This document shows, in pieces, positions 39,967-50,308 of a DNA stretch of 64,000 bases. This stretch comes from an uncultured Fibrobacterota bacterium (GTDB lineage: Bacteria > Fibrobacterota > Chitinivibrionia > Chitinivibrionales > FEN-1185), in the NCBI GenBank assembly GCA_963729895.1, contig CAVSQB010000028.1:160001-224000 (forward strand), written 5' to 3'. The stretch's first letter is position 1; each line of letters starts with the position of its first letter. Below the pieces are notes generated by a model. The model did not search any database, was not told the DNA's origin, and worked only from the letters and a program-made list of their open reading frames with translations. Both the position numbers and the translations under genes were made by a program.

Positions 39967-41196
39967 ATGCGTCTTGGATTTACAACAGGGTTCCTTCTTT
40001 GTGTTGCCCTGAGCATCAGGCTGGCCTTTGTCTTTTTGCTCCCGCCGACGCAAACCGTCTCCCACCGTCTTGAAGGCCTTAACGACGAGGCTTCCCATCT
40101 TAACTACGTGCATTACCTGGCGCAGAACAAACGGTTTCCCGTGCAGCATCATCATGCCCGTGAGAAAGACTCCTTTGTCCGTAACGAGTTTGAATACTAT
40201 CAGGCGCCTGTCTATTACCTGTGCGGCGCCGGAATCGAACTCGTCGTGGGAAAGAGCAATACCCTCCTTGCATGCAGGCTCCTGTCGTTTTTGTTCGGCG
40301 CGCTGTCGCTGCTTGTCATTAAAAGAATATTTTCCGTTCTTTCATTTCCAGCGGCCGTCGGCAACGGAGCCGTTCTGTTCACCGCCTTCTTTCCCACGCA
40401 TGCCTATTTCTGTTCCGTTGCCTCAAACGATTCGTTGAGCTGGCTGCTGGCCTTGTTCTTGACCCTGGAACTGGCGGGTCTCTGCACGCAGGACATCCCT
40501 TTCGATCCGGGAAGATTGCGGCGCTCTGCCCTGTACACGGGATTACTGCTGGGAATCGGCATGCTGACAAAGGCGTCGCTTGCGCTGTTCGGCCCTGTGG
40601 CGGGCGCGCTTTTTTTGTACCGGTTTTTTGCGTCCCGAAACCGGCAGTGGCTCTTTGCGCTGGCTGCGGTCTTGTGTACAACCGCCGTTCTTGCAGGGCC
40701 ATGGTATCTGCGAAACCTTCGCGTGTACGGTTCGCTGTTTGCTTTCAATGTTGGAAACGGCCCGCCGCAGTTCTTCCTTTTCTCTCCCTACCAGTTCGTG
40801 CGGTTCCTCAAGCTGGCCTTATACTGTTTCTGGTTCCCCATGCAGCACGTGCTCCCGTCGCACGCGGTGGGCGCCATGTTGTGGTTTGAAGCGTTTATCA
40901 TGCTCGTCAATTCTTCGCTGTTCGCCGTGTACGCCGTCTACAAGAAGAAAATTGCTTTATGGGAAATACTGCTGGGCGGACTTCTTCTCCTCAATGTCGC
41001 GGCCTATTTGAACTACAACCTGCACTGGGACAATGCGGACGGCCGCTTCCTGTTCCCTTCGCTCGCGGCAGTGCTTGTCTTCTTCTGCGTCCCCCTATAT
41101 CATTTTTCCGAACGGCTGCGACTGCAGCGCTTGTTTATTCCCCTGCTCGTGTGCGAAGCGATCTTCCCCTATCTTCTGCTGTTGCTGGTTCCATAG
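39967..41196 (+). CDS. GT-C/ArnT-PMT-like integral membrane glycosyltransferase
   Basis: DE..H..Y loop, Q.P.YY, SND, LTK, GRFLFP; many TM helices. Confidence 0.75.
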   Translation: MRLGFTTGFLLCVALSIRLAFVFLLPPTQTVSHRLEGLNDEASHLNYVHYLAQNKRFPVQHHHAREKDSFVRNEFEYYQAPVYYLCGAGIELVVGKSNTLLACRLLSFLFGALSLLVIKRIFSVLSFPAAVGNGAVLFTAFFPTHAYFCSVASNDSLSWLLALFLTLELAGLCTQDIPFDPGRLRRSALYTGLLLGIGMLTKASLALFGPVAGALFLYRFFASRNRQWLFALAAVLCTTAVLAGPWYLRNLRVYGSLFAFNVGNGPPQFFLFSPYQFVRFLKLALYCFWFPMQHVLPSHAVGAMLWFEAFIMLVNSSLFAVYAVYKKKIALWEILLGGLLLLNVAAYLNYNLHWDNADGRFLFPSLAAVLVFFCVPLYHFSERLRLQRLFIPLLVCEAIFPYLLLLLVP

Positions 41197-41302
41197 GCGA
41201 CAACAAGGCGGTGCCTCCGGTACCGCACGGTTCCGTTTTTTGATGACGATGAAGACCGGGGGAAGGCCGATGGCACAGGCGTCGGCTATGTGGTCTACAA
41301 AT

Positions 41303-41998
41303 TTAGCCGCGGCATTTACACAGCGCCTCGGCAATTTCGAGGTCCTCTTTCGTGGTGATCTTGAAATTGAGCGGATCTCCTGCGGCGATTCCAACCGGTA
41401 TGCCTGCCGCCTCCATGAGCATGGCCTCGTCGGTGGGGGGAGAGGCGAGGGACCGCGCGAGCGCGAATGCGGCGAGGAGCTTGTCACGCAGGAAAAGTTG
41501 AGGGGTTTGCACGCGCACGATTGCCGTTCTGTCGAGCGTTTCCATGGCCAGGTCCCCGGCGAATCTCCGTACCGTGTCCACTTCGGGCGTGGCCGCTATC
41601 ACCGCGTCGTAGCGCGCGCTTGCCGTAATCACGGAGGTGACGATGCGGTGCGTCACGAACGGCCGCGCGGCGTCGTGGACCAGGACCCACGTCCCTTTCG
41701 ACGCCTCGACGCCATTTTTCACCGACTGCCAACGGTGCGTGCCGCCTGCAACGATAATGATTTCTTTTTTGATCTGAAGTCCGGAGACAATGCTTCGGGC
41801 CTTTTTCATCATCGCCCGGGGAGCGACAAGGATCATTCTGGCGATGGATCGATGGCGCGCGAATACGAGGAGGGAATGAACAAAAAGCGGCTTTCCGCTC
41901 AGTGAAACAAACGCCTTGGGCGTTTTTGCGCCCAGCCGCTTGCCGCCTCCGGCAGCGACAATAATACAGTCAGTTTGCATGTTTAGTGGCTTTTTCAT
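41303..41998 (-). CDS. ispD: 2-C-methyl-D-erythritol 4-phosphate cytidylyltransferase
   Basis: AAGGGKRLG..PKAF, VHDAARP, VQTPQ, TDEA, NFKITT. Confidence 0.94.
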   Translation of the reverse strand: MKKPLNMQTDCIIVAAGGGKRLGAKTPKAFVSLSGKPLFVHSLLVFARHRSIARMILVAPRAMMKKARSIVSGLQIKKEIIIVAGGTHRWQSVKNGVEASKGTWVLVHDAARPFVTHRIVTSVITASARYDAVIAATPEVDTVRRFAGDLAMETLDRTAIVRVQTPQLFLRDKLLAAFALARSLASPPTDEAMLMEAAGIPVGIAAGDPLNFKITTKEDLEIAEALCKCRG

Positions 41999-42018
41999 GA
42001 ATCAACGTATGTCCACCA

Positions 42019-43230
42019 TTATTTTTGTCTTTTTCGTCTTTCTACTATTCCCGCCACTTTCATGGGCAGCCCGAAAATCCGTATGAACCCCCTGGCGTCC
42101 TTCTGGTCGTAGAAATCCGTGTCGGTGAATGACGCCAAATCGTGCAGGTACAGCGATTGAGGAGCGCTTGATCCCGCCGGGTATATGCCGCCCTTGTAAA
42201 GCTTGAGCGTGACGCTGCCGGTGACGTTTTCCTGCGTGGCATCGACAAACGCATCAAGCGATTCGCGCAGTTTGGAGAACCACTGGCCGTTATACACGAG
42301 ATCGGCGTACTTGAGACTCACCATTTCCTTATAATGCAGGGTTTCGCGATCGAGCACAAGGCGTTCGAGTTCACGGTGCGCCGCGTAGAGAATGGAGCCG
42401 CCCGGTGTTTCGTACACGCCGCGCGACTTGATGCCAACAAGCCTGTTTTCTACCATGTCAACGTGGCCGACGCCGTGAACCGCGCCGATGCGATTGAGCT
42501 CCTGGAGGAGCGCCAGGGGAGACAGTTTCCTTCCGTTTACCGAGAGAGGAACTCCCTTTTCAAAAGCAACGGAAATGAGTTCCGCCTTGTTCGGGGCCTT
42601 TTCGACGGTGCTCGACAAAGTAAAGACGTCGTCCGGAGGCGCGAGGGCCGGATCTTCGAGAACGCCGCCCTCGTGGCTGATGTGCCAGATGTTGCGGTCT
42701 TCGGAATAGATGCGTTTCTTCGACTGGCCCACCGGGATGTTGCGTGCGGCGGCGTACGCAAGGCAGTCTTCGCGCGAGTGAAGCGTCCACTTGGGGTCTT
42801 TCCACGGAGAAATAATCGCAAGAGACGGATCGAGCGCCATTACCGTGAGCTCGAAGCGTACCTGGTCGTTTCCCTTGCCCGTCGCGCCGTGGGCCACCGC
42901 GTACGCGTTTTCGCGATGCGCGATCTCGACGGCGCGTTTGGCGATGATGGGCCGGGCAAAACTGGTTCCCAGAAGGTAACTTCCCTCATACACCGCGCCT
43001 GCGCGGAGCGTGGGGAAAATGTAGCCGGCGATAAATTCCTCGCGGAGGTCCTCAAGAAAGTACTTGGATGCGCCCGTGCTGATCGCCTTCCGTCTGAGGC
43101 CGCTTGTTTCCTCAGCCTGGCCCACGTCGGCGCACATGGCAATCACCTCGCAATCGTAGTTCTCCTTGAGCCACGGAATCATGACCGAGGTGTCGAGGCC
43201 TCCGGAATAAAGCAGGACCACTTTTTTCAT
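42019..43230 (-). CDS. argG: Argininosuccinate synthase
   Basis: [39 protein letters not shown]. Confidence 0.97.
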   Translation of the reverse strand: MKKVVLLYSGGLDTSVMIPWLKENYDCEVIAMCADVGQAEETSGLRRKAISTGASKYFLEDLREEFIAGYIFPTLRAGAVYEGSYLLGTSFARPIIAKRAVEIAHRENAYAVAHGATGKGNDQVRFELTVMALDPSLAIISPWKDPKWTLHSREDCLAYAAARNIPVGQSKKRIYSEDRNIWHISHEGGVLEDPALAPPDDVFTLSSTVEKAPNKAELISVAFEKGVPLSVNGRKLSPLALLQELNRIGAVHGVGHVDMVENRLVGIKSRGVYETPGGSILYAAHRELERLVLDRETLHYKEMVSLKYADLVYNGQWFSKLRESLDAFVDATQENVTGSVTLKLYKGGIYPAGSSAPQSLYLHDLASFTDTDFYDQKDARGFIRIFGLPMKVAGIVERRKRQK

Positions 43231-43322
43231 GGGAAGTACCCTTTCGGAAAAACGGAATAACGGCTTCGGTTATGTGCATCGCCTTCGGCGCCGGCCTCCT
43301 GCAACAGCGAAACGGCAGACGC

Positions 43323-44507
43323 CTAAAGCTTGCATTTGGCAAGCACCTGCTCGAATATGGCACAAGCGGCTTTGATGTCCTTTTCTTCAACGATAAGCGG
43401 GGGCATGAACCGGACGGTATTCTGCTCGGCCTTGATAACCAAGAGGCCGGCATCTTTGCATTGGGGAATGATATTCTTGGGGTCGTCAGCCATCTCGACT
43501 CCCACAAGAAGCCCTGTTCCCCGGATTTCCTTGATCCCTTTGTGCGATGCCGCAATGCGCGCAAGTCCGTTTCTGAGATATTCTCCGTTCTTCCTGACCG
43601 CGGCAAGGAAGACGGGCTGTGCTATGATGGCGAGCACGACACACCCCAGCGCGCACGCCAGGGGGTTGCCGCCGAAGGTTGTCCCGTGGTTCCCCGGTGA
43701 AATCGCGGAGGCGATGTGGTCCTTGCAGACTACCGCCCCGAGCGGAAGGCCGCCGCCAAGAGGTTTTGCGGCGGCGAGGATGTCGGGCGCAACGCCGTAC
43801 TGCTCGCAGCACCAGACCGTGCCGGTCCTGCCGAGGCCGCATTGGATCTCGTCGAACACGAGCGCAATGTTCTTTTCATTTGCATAGGTCCGGAGGAAGG
43901 ACAAAAACTCCTTTGACGCGGGGTTGACTCCGCCTTCGCCCTGCAAAGGCTCGACGATGATCGCGGCGTAGCTGTGCTTGTCAAGTTCTTCCTTGGTCCC
44001 CGCGATGTCGTTGAATGTGGCGTAGTGGAACCCTTCCAGAAGAGGGCCGAATCCCTCGTGAAACTGCTCCTGGGCGGTCGCAGACAGGGCGCCATAGGTC
44101 CTGCCGTGAAATCCCCGGTAAAACGAAAGAATGTGGAACTTGTCCTTTGAAGCCCGGGTAGCCCATTTCCGGGAGAACTTGATTGCGGCTTCAATCGCCT
44201 CAGTCCCGCTGTTGCACAGGAATACTTTGCCGCCGAAGGTAATTGACGAAAGCAACTTTGCGAGCTCGTACTGCGGCTGGGTAAAATACAGGTTCGACGA
44301 ATGGATGAGCAGTGATCCCTGCTCCCGCAGCGCAGCGATGATGGCGGGATGGCTGTGCCCGAGCGCATTCACGGCAATGCCTGCGCCGAAATCAAGGTAC
44401 CGTTTGCCGTCCGCATCAAACAGGTACATGCCCTCGCCACGGACGAGGGCGGCGCCGGTCCGCGAAAACGTTGGAACAAAAACGTCGTTGTAATGAGGGT
44501 GCTCCAT
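43323..44507 (-). CDS. argD: Acetylornithine aminotransferase
   Basis: AGIAVNALGH, NSGTEA.EAA, FHGRT, FDEIQCGLGRTG, HGTTFGGNP; in arg cluster. Confidence 0.92.
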   Translation of the reverse strand: MEHPHYNDVFVPTFSRTGAALVRGEGMYLFDADGKRYLDFGAGIAVNALGHSHPAIIAALREQGSLLIHSSNLYFTQPQYELAKLLSSITFGGKVFLCNSGTEAIEAAIKFSRKWATRASKDKFHILSFYRGFHGRTYGALSATAQEQFHEGFGPLLEGFHYATFNDIAGTKEELDKHSYAAIIVEPLQGEGGVNPASKEFLSFLRTYANEKNIALVFDEIQCGLGRTGTVWCCEQYGVAPDILAAAKPLGGGLPLGAVVCKDHIASAISPGNHGTTFGGNPLACALGCVVLAIIAQPVFLAAVRKNGEYLRNGLARIAASHKGIKEIRGTGLLVGVEMADDPKNIIPQCKDAGLLVIKAEQNTVRFMPPLIVEEKDIKAACAIFEQVLAKCKL

Positions 44508-44534
44508 GGGTTCCTTGCTCTATGGTAGCCGGCG

Positions 44535-45314
44535 TCACGCCAGAATAACGGTGCCGGTGGCCGTTTCCGGCCGTAGTTCACGCGTCAGGGTCTCTTTTCC
44601 ATTCCAGCCGCAGATGTGGACTTGCGCAACCCCGTTCTCAACCGATTCCCTCGCGCCTCGCACCTTGGGGATCATCCCGCTTTTGATATGGCCCTCGGTA
44701 ATGAGCGTTTCCATTTCGCCCGTCCGGATGACGCGCACCACCGCGCCGTCCACCAGCACGCCGGGCACGTCCGACACAAACACAAGATGCTCAGCGCGCA
44801 GCGCTTGTGCGATCTCGCTCGCTGCGGCATCGGCATTGACATTATATATATTGCCGACATTGTCGCGCGACATAGGCGAAACCACCGGCACGATGCCGTT
44901 TGCCTTGCAGATGCCGATGATGCGTATGTCAACGTGCTTGATGCTGCCCACAAAACCGATATCCCTGCCCTGCACCGTCATGCGCGATGCCGAAAGCAAA
45001 TTGCAGTCCACGCCGCTGATGCCGAGCGCAGTAACGCCCGCCGTTTGGAGCGCATTCACAAGCCTTTTGTTCACGTCGCCGGACAACACCATCTGGACCG
45101 TGCCCACGGTTTCGGCGTCGGTGACGCGCATACCTTCAACAAAGGTGTATTCTTTCTTGAGCAGGTCGAGCTGACGGGCGATGTCCTTGCCGCCGCCATG
45201 GATGATCACCGGGAAACGGTCTTTGCAAACGGCGGCGATGCTCTGCGCGAAATCCGGCAAGAAGCCCGCCGTGTCGAACGTGGAGCCGCCCGCTTTGATG
45301 CACACGGTTTCCAT
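44535..45314 (-). CDS. argB: Acetylglutamate kinase
   Basis: IKAGGS, HGGG, GMRVTD, NVNAD, SDVPGV, GMIPK. Confidence 0.93.
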   Translation of the reverse strand: METVCIKAGGSTFDTAGFLPDFAQSIAAVCKDRFPVIIHGGGKDIARQLDLLKKEYTFVEGMRVTDAETVGTVQMVLSGDVNKRLVNALQTAGVTALGISGVDCNLLSASRMTVQGRDIGFVGSIKHVDIRIIGICKANGIVPVVSPMSRDNVGNIYNVNADAAASEIAQALRAEHLVFVSDVPGVLVDGAVVRVIRTGEMETLITEGHIKSGMIPKVRGARESVENGVAQVHICGWNGKETLTRELRPETATGTVILA

Positions 45315-45329
45315 GTGGAAAGGTCTTTC

Positions 45330-46355
45330 TTACAGCAGGCCGGTGGTTTCAGGGAATCCGAACATGATGTTCATGTTCTGGACCGCCTGTCCGCTGGCGC
45401 CTTTGACGAGATTGTCGAGCGCCGACACCGCAATCACGGGCCGGCCGGTTTCGCCTCCTGTAAACGTGATGTCGCAGAAATTGGTATGCGCCACGCCGCC
45501 GATGTCCGGCAGGTTTGACGGATCCCGCAGCCGGATAAACGGCTCGCCGGCGTAGGCGCTTTTCACAATGTCAAGGCATGCCGCCGCGGTCCGGTTTGTG
45601 ACGAGATAGATTGTGGAAAGGATCCCCCGGTTTGTCGGAAGCAGGTGCGGCGAAAAGGTGATCGCTACGGCCTTGCCGCACGCCTTCGAGAATTCCTGCT
45701 CGATCTCGGCAATGTGCCGGTGCGCGTGGCCGATTGAATATGCGGAGAAGTTTTCGTGGACCTCCACAAAGTGGCTCGACAGCTTGAGCGACCGTCCCGC
45801 GCCGCTCACCCCGGATTTCGAATCGGCGATCACCAGGGAAATCCGTGTTCCCGTGTCCTTGAAAAGGGGCAACAACGGCAGCATGATGCTTGTCGAATAG
45901 CACCCCGGATTTGCAACGATTCTCGCTTTTGCAATGTCTTTCCGGTTCTGTTCGCACAGGCCGAACGCGGCTTCTTCCAACAGCTCCGGGCAAGGATGTT
46001 CGGTCTTGTACCACAAGGCGTATTCCTTGGGATCCTTGATCCTGAAGTCTGCGCTCAGGTCAACCACTTTCACGAGTTTATTGATAAAGGGCATGAGAAG
46101 CCCGGCAGACGCCGCATGGGGCAGGCAGGAAAAAACGCAGTCGACCCCGATGTCCACGGCCTTTTCCGGGGCGACCAGGACGTCGTCGCACACGCCTTGC
46201 ACGAGCGGAAACACAGCGCTCAGTTTCTGGCCTGCGTACGATTGAGAGGAGACAAAACCGATTGACGCAAAGGGATGCGATGCCAAAATCCTCACGAGTT
46301 CCACGCCGGTATAACCGGTTGCGCCAAGGATTCCAATCTTGATCTTTTTTGGCAT
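45330..46355 (-). CDS. argC: N-acetyl-gamma-glutamyl-phosphate reductase
   Basis: GATGYTG, DLSADFR, ANPGCY, SGVSGAG, DNLVKGASGQA. Confidence 0.96.
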   Translation of the reverse strand: MPKKIKIGILGATGYTGVELVRILASHPFASIGFVSSQSYAGQKLSAVFPLVQGVCDDVLVAPEKAVDIGVDCVFSCLPHAASAGLLMPFINKLVKVVDLSADFRIKDPKEYALWYKTEHPCPELLEEAAFGLCEQNRKDIAKARIVANPGCYSTSIMLPLLPLFKDTGTRISLVIADSKSGVSGAGRSLKLSSHFVEVHENFSAYSIGHAHRHIAEIEQEFSKACGKAVAITFSPHLLPTNRGILSTIYLVTNRTAAACLDIVKSAYAGEPFIRLRDPSNLPDIGGVAHTNFCDITFTGGETGRPVIAVSALDNLVKGASGQAVQNMNIMFGFPETTGLL

Positions 46356-46522
46356 GGGTGCATACTCCCCGCATTGGACCGATCAATTTCTCAAATTCCC
46401 CTGTAAAATAGTTTACCCTTGATGCGAAAGTGATACCGATTACTTGCACGGGCCTTTAGGCTGATTGAAGTGATGTCAAGGGTGTCTTTCCCGCTTCGCA
46501 CCATCATGCGGACCGGCCCAAA

Positions 46523-47071
46523 TCATCGTTTTCTCGAATAGGTTCCGACAAGTTCTCCCGAAGCCATCACATGCCCTTTCATGGCTTTCTCGATGTCCCT
46601 TTTCCCTTTCCCTGCGGGCAGACCAAGCACAATGTCAAGAGCATATACTTTAAAGAAATAACGGTGGGTCCCGCCCGGCGGGCAGGGGCCGCCGTAGCCA
46701 ATGCTCCGGAAGTCGTTTGTTCCCTGTTTGCCGCCGCAGACAAGCGCACCCGATGGCGGAACGGCTTGGACAAGGGAATCGACGTGCGGGGGAATATCGT
46801 AGCACACCCAATGCACCCACGTGCCTGCGGGAGCATCCGGGTCGTCGCATATCAACACAATGCTATTTGCGTTTTTCGGGACGCCGCTCCATGAAACAGG
46901 CGGAGAAGCGTTGGTCCCGTCGCAGGTGTAGGCGGCGGGAATTGCCTGCATGGAATCAAATGCCCGGCTCGTGACGGAAATGGCCATAAATCCTCCTTTT
47001 GGACTGCACCATGCCATTGCACACAGAAAGGCGAGCGATGCCGCCGCCGTGCGGAGAAATAATTGGTTCAT
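46523..47071 (-). CDS. YbhB/YbcL (PEBP/Raf kinase inhibitor-like) protein
   Basis: YTCDG.N.SP, DDPDAP.G.WVHW, GYGGPCPP, HRYFF. Confidence 0.9.
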   Translation of the reverse strand: MNQLFLRTAAASLAFLCAMAWCSPKGGFMAISVTSRAFDSMQAIPAAYTCDGTNASPPVSWSGVPKNANSIVLICDDPDAPAGTWVHWVCYDIPPHVDSLVQAVPPSGALVCGGKQGTNDFRSIGYGGPCPPGGTHRYFFKVYALDIVLGLPAGKGKRDIEKAMKGHVMASGELVGTYSRKR

Positions 47072-47499
47072 GTAGTACCACCTCCCTGACATATTACGTG
47101 GTTCATAAGCATAGTCACCCAGCCACGATGTCACCAGGTCGAAGGGTCTATCGAGTACAAGACGGTTTGATAGAATCACCGCGACAGATTCCATGTGGCA
47201 TTACTTACAAACTGCTTGGTGTGAACCAAAATACAAGCGGAAAACCCCGAAGAAAAGCCCTTTTGGTTCTATGGCTGAAAATCCCGCTAAAGTCGCATGC
47301 GGCAAAAATCCCTCCAAGAAGAGGAAAGGGCGGTTTGGGAGAAATCGGTTTTTTAAATTTGACAAAAAAAACCGGAATGGCTATATTCGATACCAAAACA
47401 AAGTTGTTTTGTGAGCGGCGATCGGAGAATGTCACCAAGCAGGGCGTGCGATGGGGAGCCGTAGAGCGCAGAACCCGACAACGATTCTTGAAAGACACG

Positions 47500-48987
47500 A
47501 TGAATACACCTCTTCCTATAAATATTAGTCCATCGCTAAAGAGAAATTATTTATTCAATGTGTCCCTGACTATTTCCAACATAGTTTTTCCCATCATTAC
47601 TTTTTCGTATGTCGCCCGGGTATTTGGCCCGGAAATTCTGGGGAAAATAAACTTCATAGCTTCCATCGCAGCGTTTTTTAGTCTGATTGCTTCATTTGGA
47701 CTCTCGATCTACGGGACATCGGCAATTGCAAAAGAACGCGATGATCAATCGTCACTCAACAAGCTTTTCTCCGAATTTGTCAGCATTACTTTCTTGTCCA
47801 GTATGGTTTCGACGGTCTTCTATCTCAGCCTGTTTCTTTTCCTGCCAAAGGTGAAAAACGATTTGGGCCTGTTCCTGATTTACGGTTCAAATGTGCTATT
47901 TACCTTTATGTCAATAGACTGGCTCTATCAGGGCTTTGAAAGATACCAATACATCACAATCCGGAATATCATATCCAAAATCGCATTCCTCGGTTGCATT
48001 GTCCTGATTATCCGGAACAAGGGTGACTTTCTGCTTTTCGGCGGGATCGTCTTCCTGTCATTTTTCATTCCGAATCTTCACGGCCTATACCGTGCCCGCG
48101 CCGTGGTGAACTTCCATCCCGATTTCCTGGCATTCAGAAAGCATGCAAGAGTACTGCTCACCAATTCATCCAGTCTCATTACGGTAAGCATTTATGCTAT
48201 TCTTGATAATGCGATTCTCGGTTTCCTGGCCGGGGATGTTTATGTAGGATATTATTCAACCGCCATGAAGATCACGAGGATTATTACCACTGTGAGCACC
48301 TCTCTTGCAACGGTTTTGCTGCCACGGCTTTCCTATTACATTGAAAATAACCGGATCGGCGAATTCAATGCTCTTGCAAAGAAATCGCTCCACTTCATCT
48401 ACCTGATTGCGCTGCCATCGTTTTTCGGCGTTATCATACTTGCGCCGGCAATTATCGATTGCCTTGCAGGAAAGCAGTTTGGCCAGGCAGTGTCGGCGCT
48501 GAGAATTGCTGCCGCGATTATTCCGGTTGTCGGCCTTACAAACCTCATTGGTTTGCAGGTACTCATTCCGCTCGGGAAGCTTAAAGAACAGTTCTTTGCC
48601 ACCCTCGCAGCCGCGATTGCGAGCATCGGACTCTATTTCGTGCTTATTCCGACCTATAAACATAACGGCGCAGCCCTTGCGACGGCAATTGCCGAGGGAA
48701 TTGTGCTTGCGGTTCAATTGGTGTATGTTCGCAGAGGGCTCTTAGCATTTAGATTGCTCGACAGGGTATTTGCAAAATATGCGTGCATGAGTCTTGTGAT
48801 GGCAGCAGCGCTGTCGGGGGCGCTCCATTTTATGACTCTCAAACCGCTGTTCCTGCTGGTCGCAGGTATGAGCATGGGCGCCTGTATCTATTTCTTTGGC
48901 TTGGTGTTGATGAAAGATGCCCTTGTCCTCGATGCCATGGGCATGATTTCCAGGGCATTCGGCAGGGCAAAATCGAATGGGGATTGA
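47500..48987 (+). CDS. wzx: Wzx-type polysaccharide flippase
   Basis: SLKRNYLFN..FP.ITF.YVAR, IDWLYQGFE, VGYYS.A, LLPRLSY; many TM helices. Confidence 0.88.
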   Translation: MNTPLPINISPSLKRNYLFNVSLTISNIVFPIITFSYVARVFGPEILGKINFIASIAAFFSLIASFGLSIYGTSAIAKERDDQSSLNKLFSEFVSITFLSSMVSTVFYLSLFLFLPKVKNDLGLFLIYGSNVLFTFMSIDWLYQGFERYQYITIRNIISKIAFLGCIVLIIRNKGDFLLFGGIVFLSFFIPNLHGLYRARAVVNFHPDFLAFRKHARVLLTNSSSLITVSIYAILDNAILGFLAGDVYVGYYSTAMKITRIITTVSTSLATVLLPRLSYYIENNRIGEFNALAKKSLHFIYLIALPSFFGVIILAPAIIDCLAGKQFGQAVSALRIAAAIIPVVGLTNLIGLQVLIPLGKLKEQFFATLAAAIASIGLYFVLIPTYKHNGAALATAIAEGIVLAVQLVYVRRGLLAFRLLDRVFAKYACMSLVMAAALSGALHFMTLKPLFLLVAGMSMGACIYFFGLVLMKDALVLDAMGMISRAFGRAKSNGD

Positions 48988-49087
48988 CAGTCTTGTCTAG
49001 CGGTGATTGATGCCGTTTGGAACCTGGCATCTGTGCAGCCGGAAAGTCTCAAAGCATGCTTCTCGCGAATGGGGCGTGCAACTCCCT

Positions 49088-49384
49088 TTACTTCTTCCTT
49101 TTTGCCTTTCTTGTGCGAGGCTCTTCTCCCCGGATAATTCGATACGCCTGCGAAACGGACAGTTTGAACCTCCTCGCCAGCTTTGTTCCCGGCATGCCGG
49201 ATTTGTAGGCTCGCACGATTTCGCGGTTACGTTCGGCATGCTTGTCTTCGACAGCCCCGATTCCGTATTTAATCCTGAGCTGATGAACCGCCTGCCGGGT
49301 GATTCCGAACAGATTGCCGATTGCATCGTCTGTTTTGTACTTGGCCTGCAGTTTAATTAATTGCTGATTCCCTATCCTCGCCAT
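49088..49384 (-). CDS. Small basic protein with two HTH-like segments
   Basis: DDAIGNLFGITRQAVHQLR and GTKLARRFKLSVSQAYRII; GAAGGGGG RBS. Confidence 0.75.
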   Translation of the reverse strand: MARIGNQQLIKLQAKYKTDDAIGNLFGITRQAVHQLRIKYGIGAVEDKHAERNREIVRAYKSGMPGTKLARRFKLSVSQAYRIIRGEEPRTRKAKRKK

Positions 49385-49541
49385 GGAAAGAACCCCCTTC
49401 AAAAAGTAGAGCAAACCTGCCGTTTTGGTAATTTGATTAATAAGAGAAAATAGCTTTGCAATAATACTTGTGCAAGAAAATAGTACGGGAGATGTTTGAC
49501 AAACGATTGGTACGGCGCCGGAAGGCGGTTACACTCTTTCT

Positions 49542-50111
49542 CTACTCGATTTTTTCGGGAGTCGCGCAGGTCAGGACGCCTTCAATTTGCGCTTTTGAAA
49601 AGGCGATCTTGAGTGTCACCATCCAGCCCTTGTCCCTGGAACGTCCCTGTTTTATTGTCGTGGGGACTGCGGCAAGGCCTATGCATTTGACAAGTGATTC
49701 CCCGGACACCGCCGAGGTGTCTGTGTGCGGTCTGAGCTGTTGCGCTATTTTGTTGATTGCCGAAAGCCGTGCCGCGTCGCGCGCTTCATCAAGGGTCTGG
49801 CGGCCAGCCGTGGCGGTTGCGGACACGGATTTCGGCTTTGCCCGGTTGGTTGCGGGCGCGGGGCCTTCGCTGTCTGCAAAGTCCCAGGTTTTGTCCTCGT
49901 GCAGCACGATGTTCTTGTCGCCGTACACGTTTACGGTTACGTCGCCGCCAAGCCGGGAGGATGAACCGCCCTTGATGTCCCAGGAATAATTGTCGTGGAG
50001 CACAAGAGTGCGGCCGTCCGACAGGGTGACGAATTCGTCCTTGGCCGATACGACGCAAACGGCTGCCGACAAGAGTAGTAAGACTGCCGTGAGACAGTGG
50101 AGGATTCTCAT
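49542..50111 (-). CDS. Secreted hypothetical protein (DUF3157-like repeated motif)
   Basis: Signal peptide; internal repeat DGRTLVLHDNYSWD / GDKNIVLHEDKTWD. Confidence 0.6.
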   Translation of the reverse strand: MRILHCLTAVLLLLSAAVCVVSAKDEFVTLSDGRTLVLHDNYSWDIKGGSSSRLGGDVTVNVYGDKNIVLHEDKTWDFADSEGPAPATNRAKPKSVSATATAGRQTLDEARDAARLSAINKIAQQLRPHTDTSAVSGESLVKCIGLAAVPTTIKQGRSRDKGWMVTLKIAFSKAQIEGVLTCATPEKIE

Positions 50112-50308
50112 ACGCGCCCTTTCCTTCAAACCTCTCTCAAAAAGAATCATGTTTCCAGAAAATAGGTTGCCGGGTACGACAAGCGCAAATCTCGGAAGAC
50201 GGGCTGCTGCGGCAAGCCCTCCCGATAGATCGTTTGTGCAAGCGACCTGGCGGTGGACATTTTTTGTCGGCGTTGTGAGCGGGGCGAAAGCAGGTGGGCG
50301 TTGCCCAT

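Noticed and set aside
46999..47499. N-terminal extension of the flippase ORF
   Set aside because: It overlaps the divergent YbhB gene and its promoter region; Wzx-like sequence starts at ATG 47500
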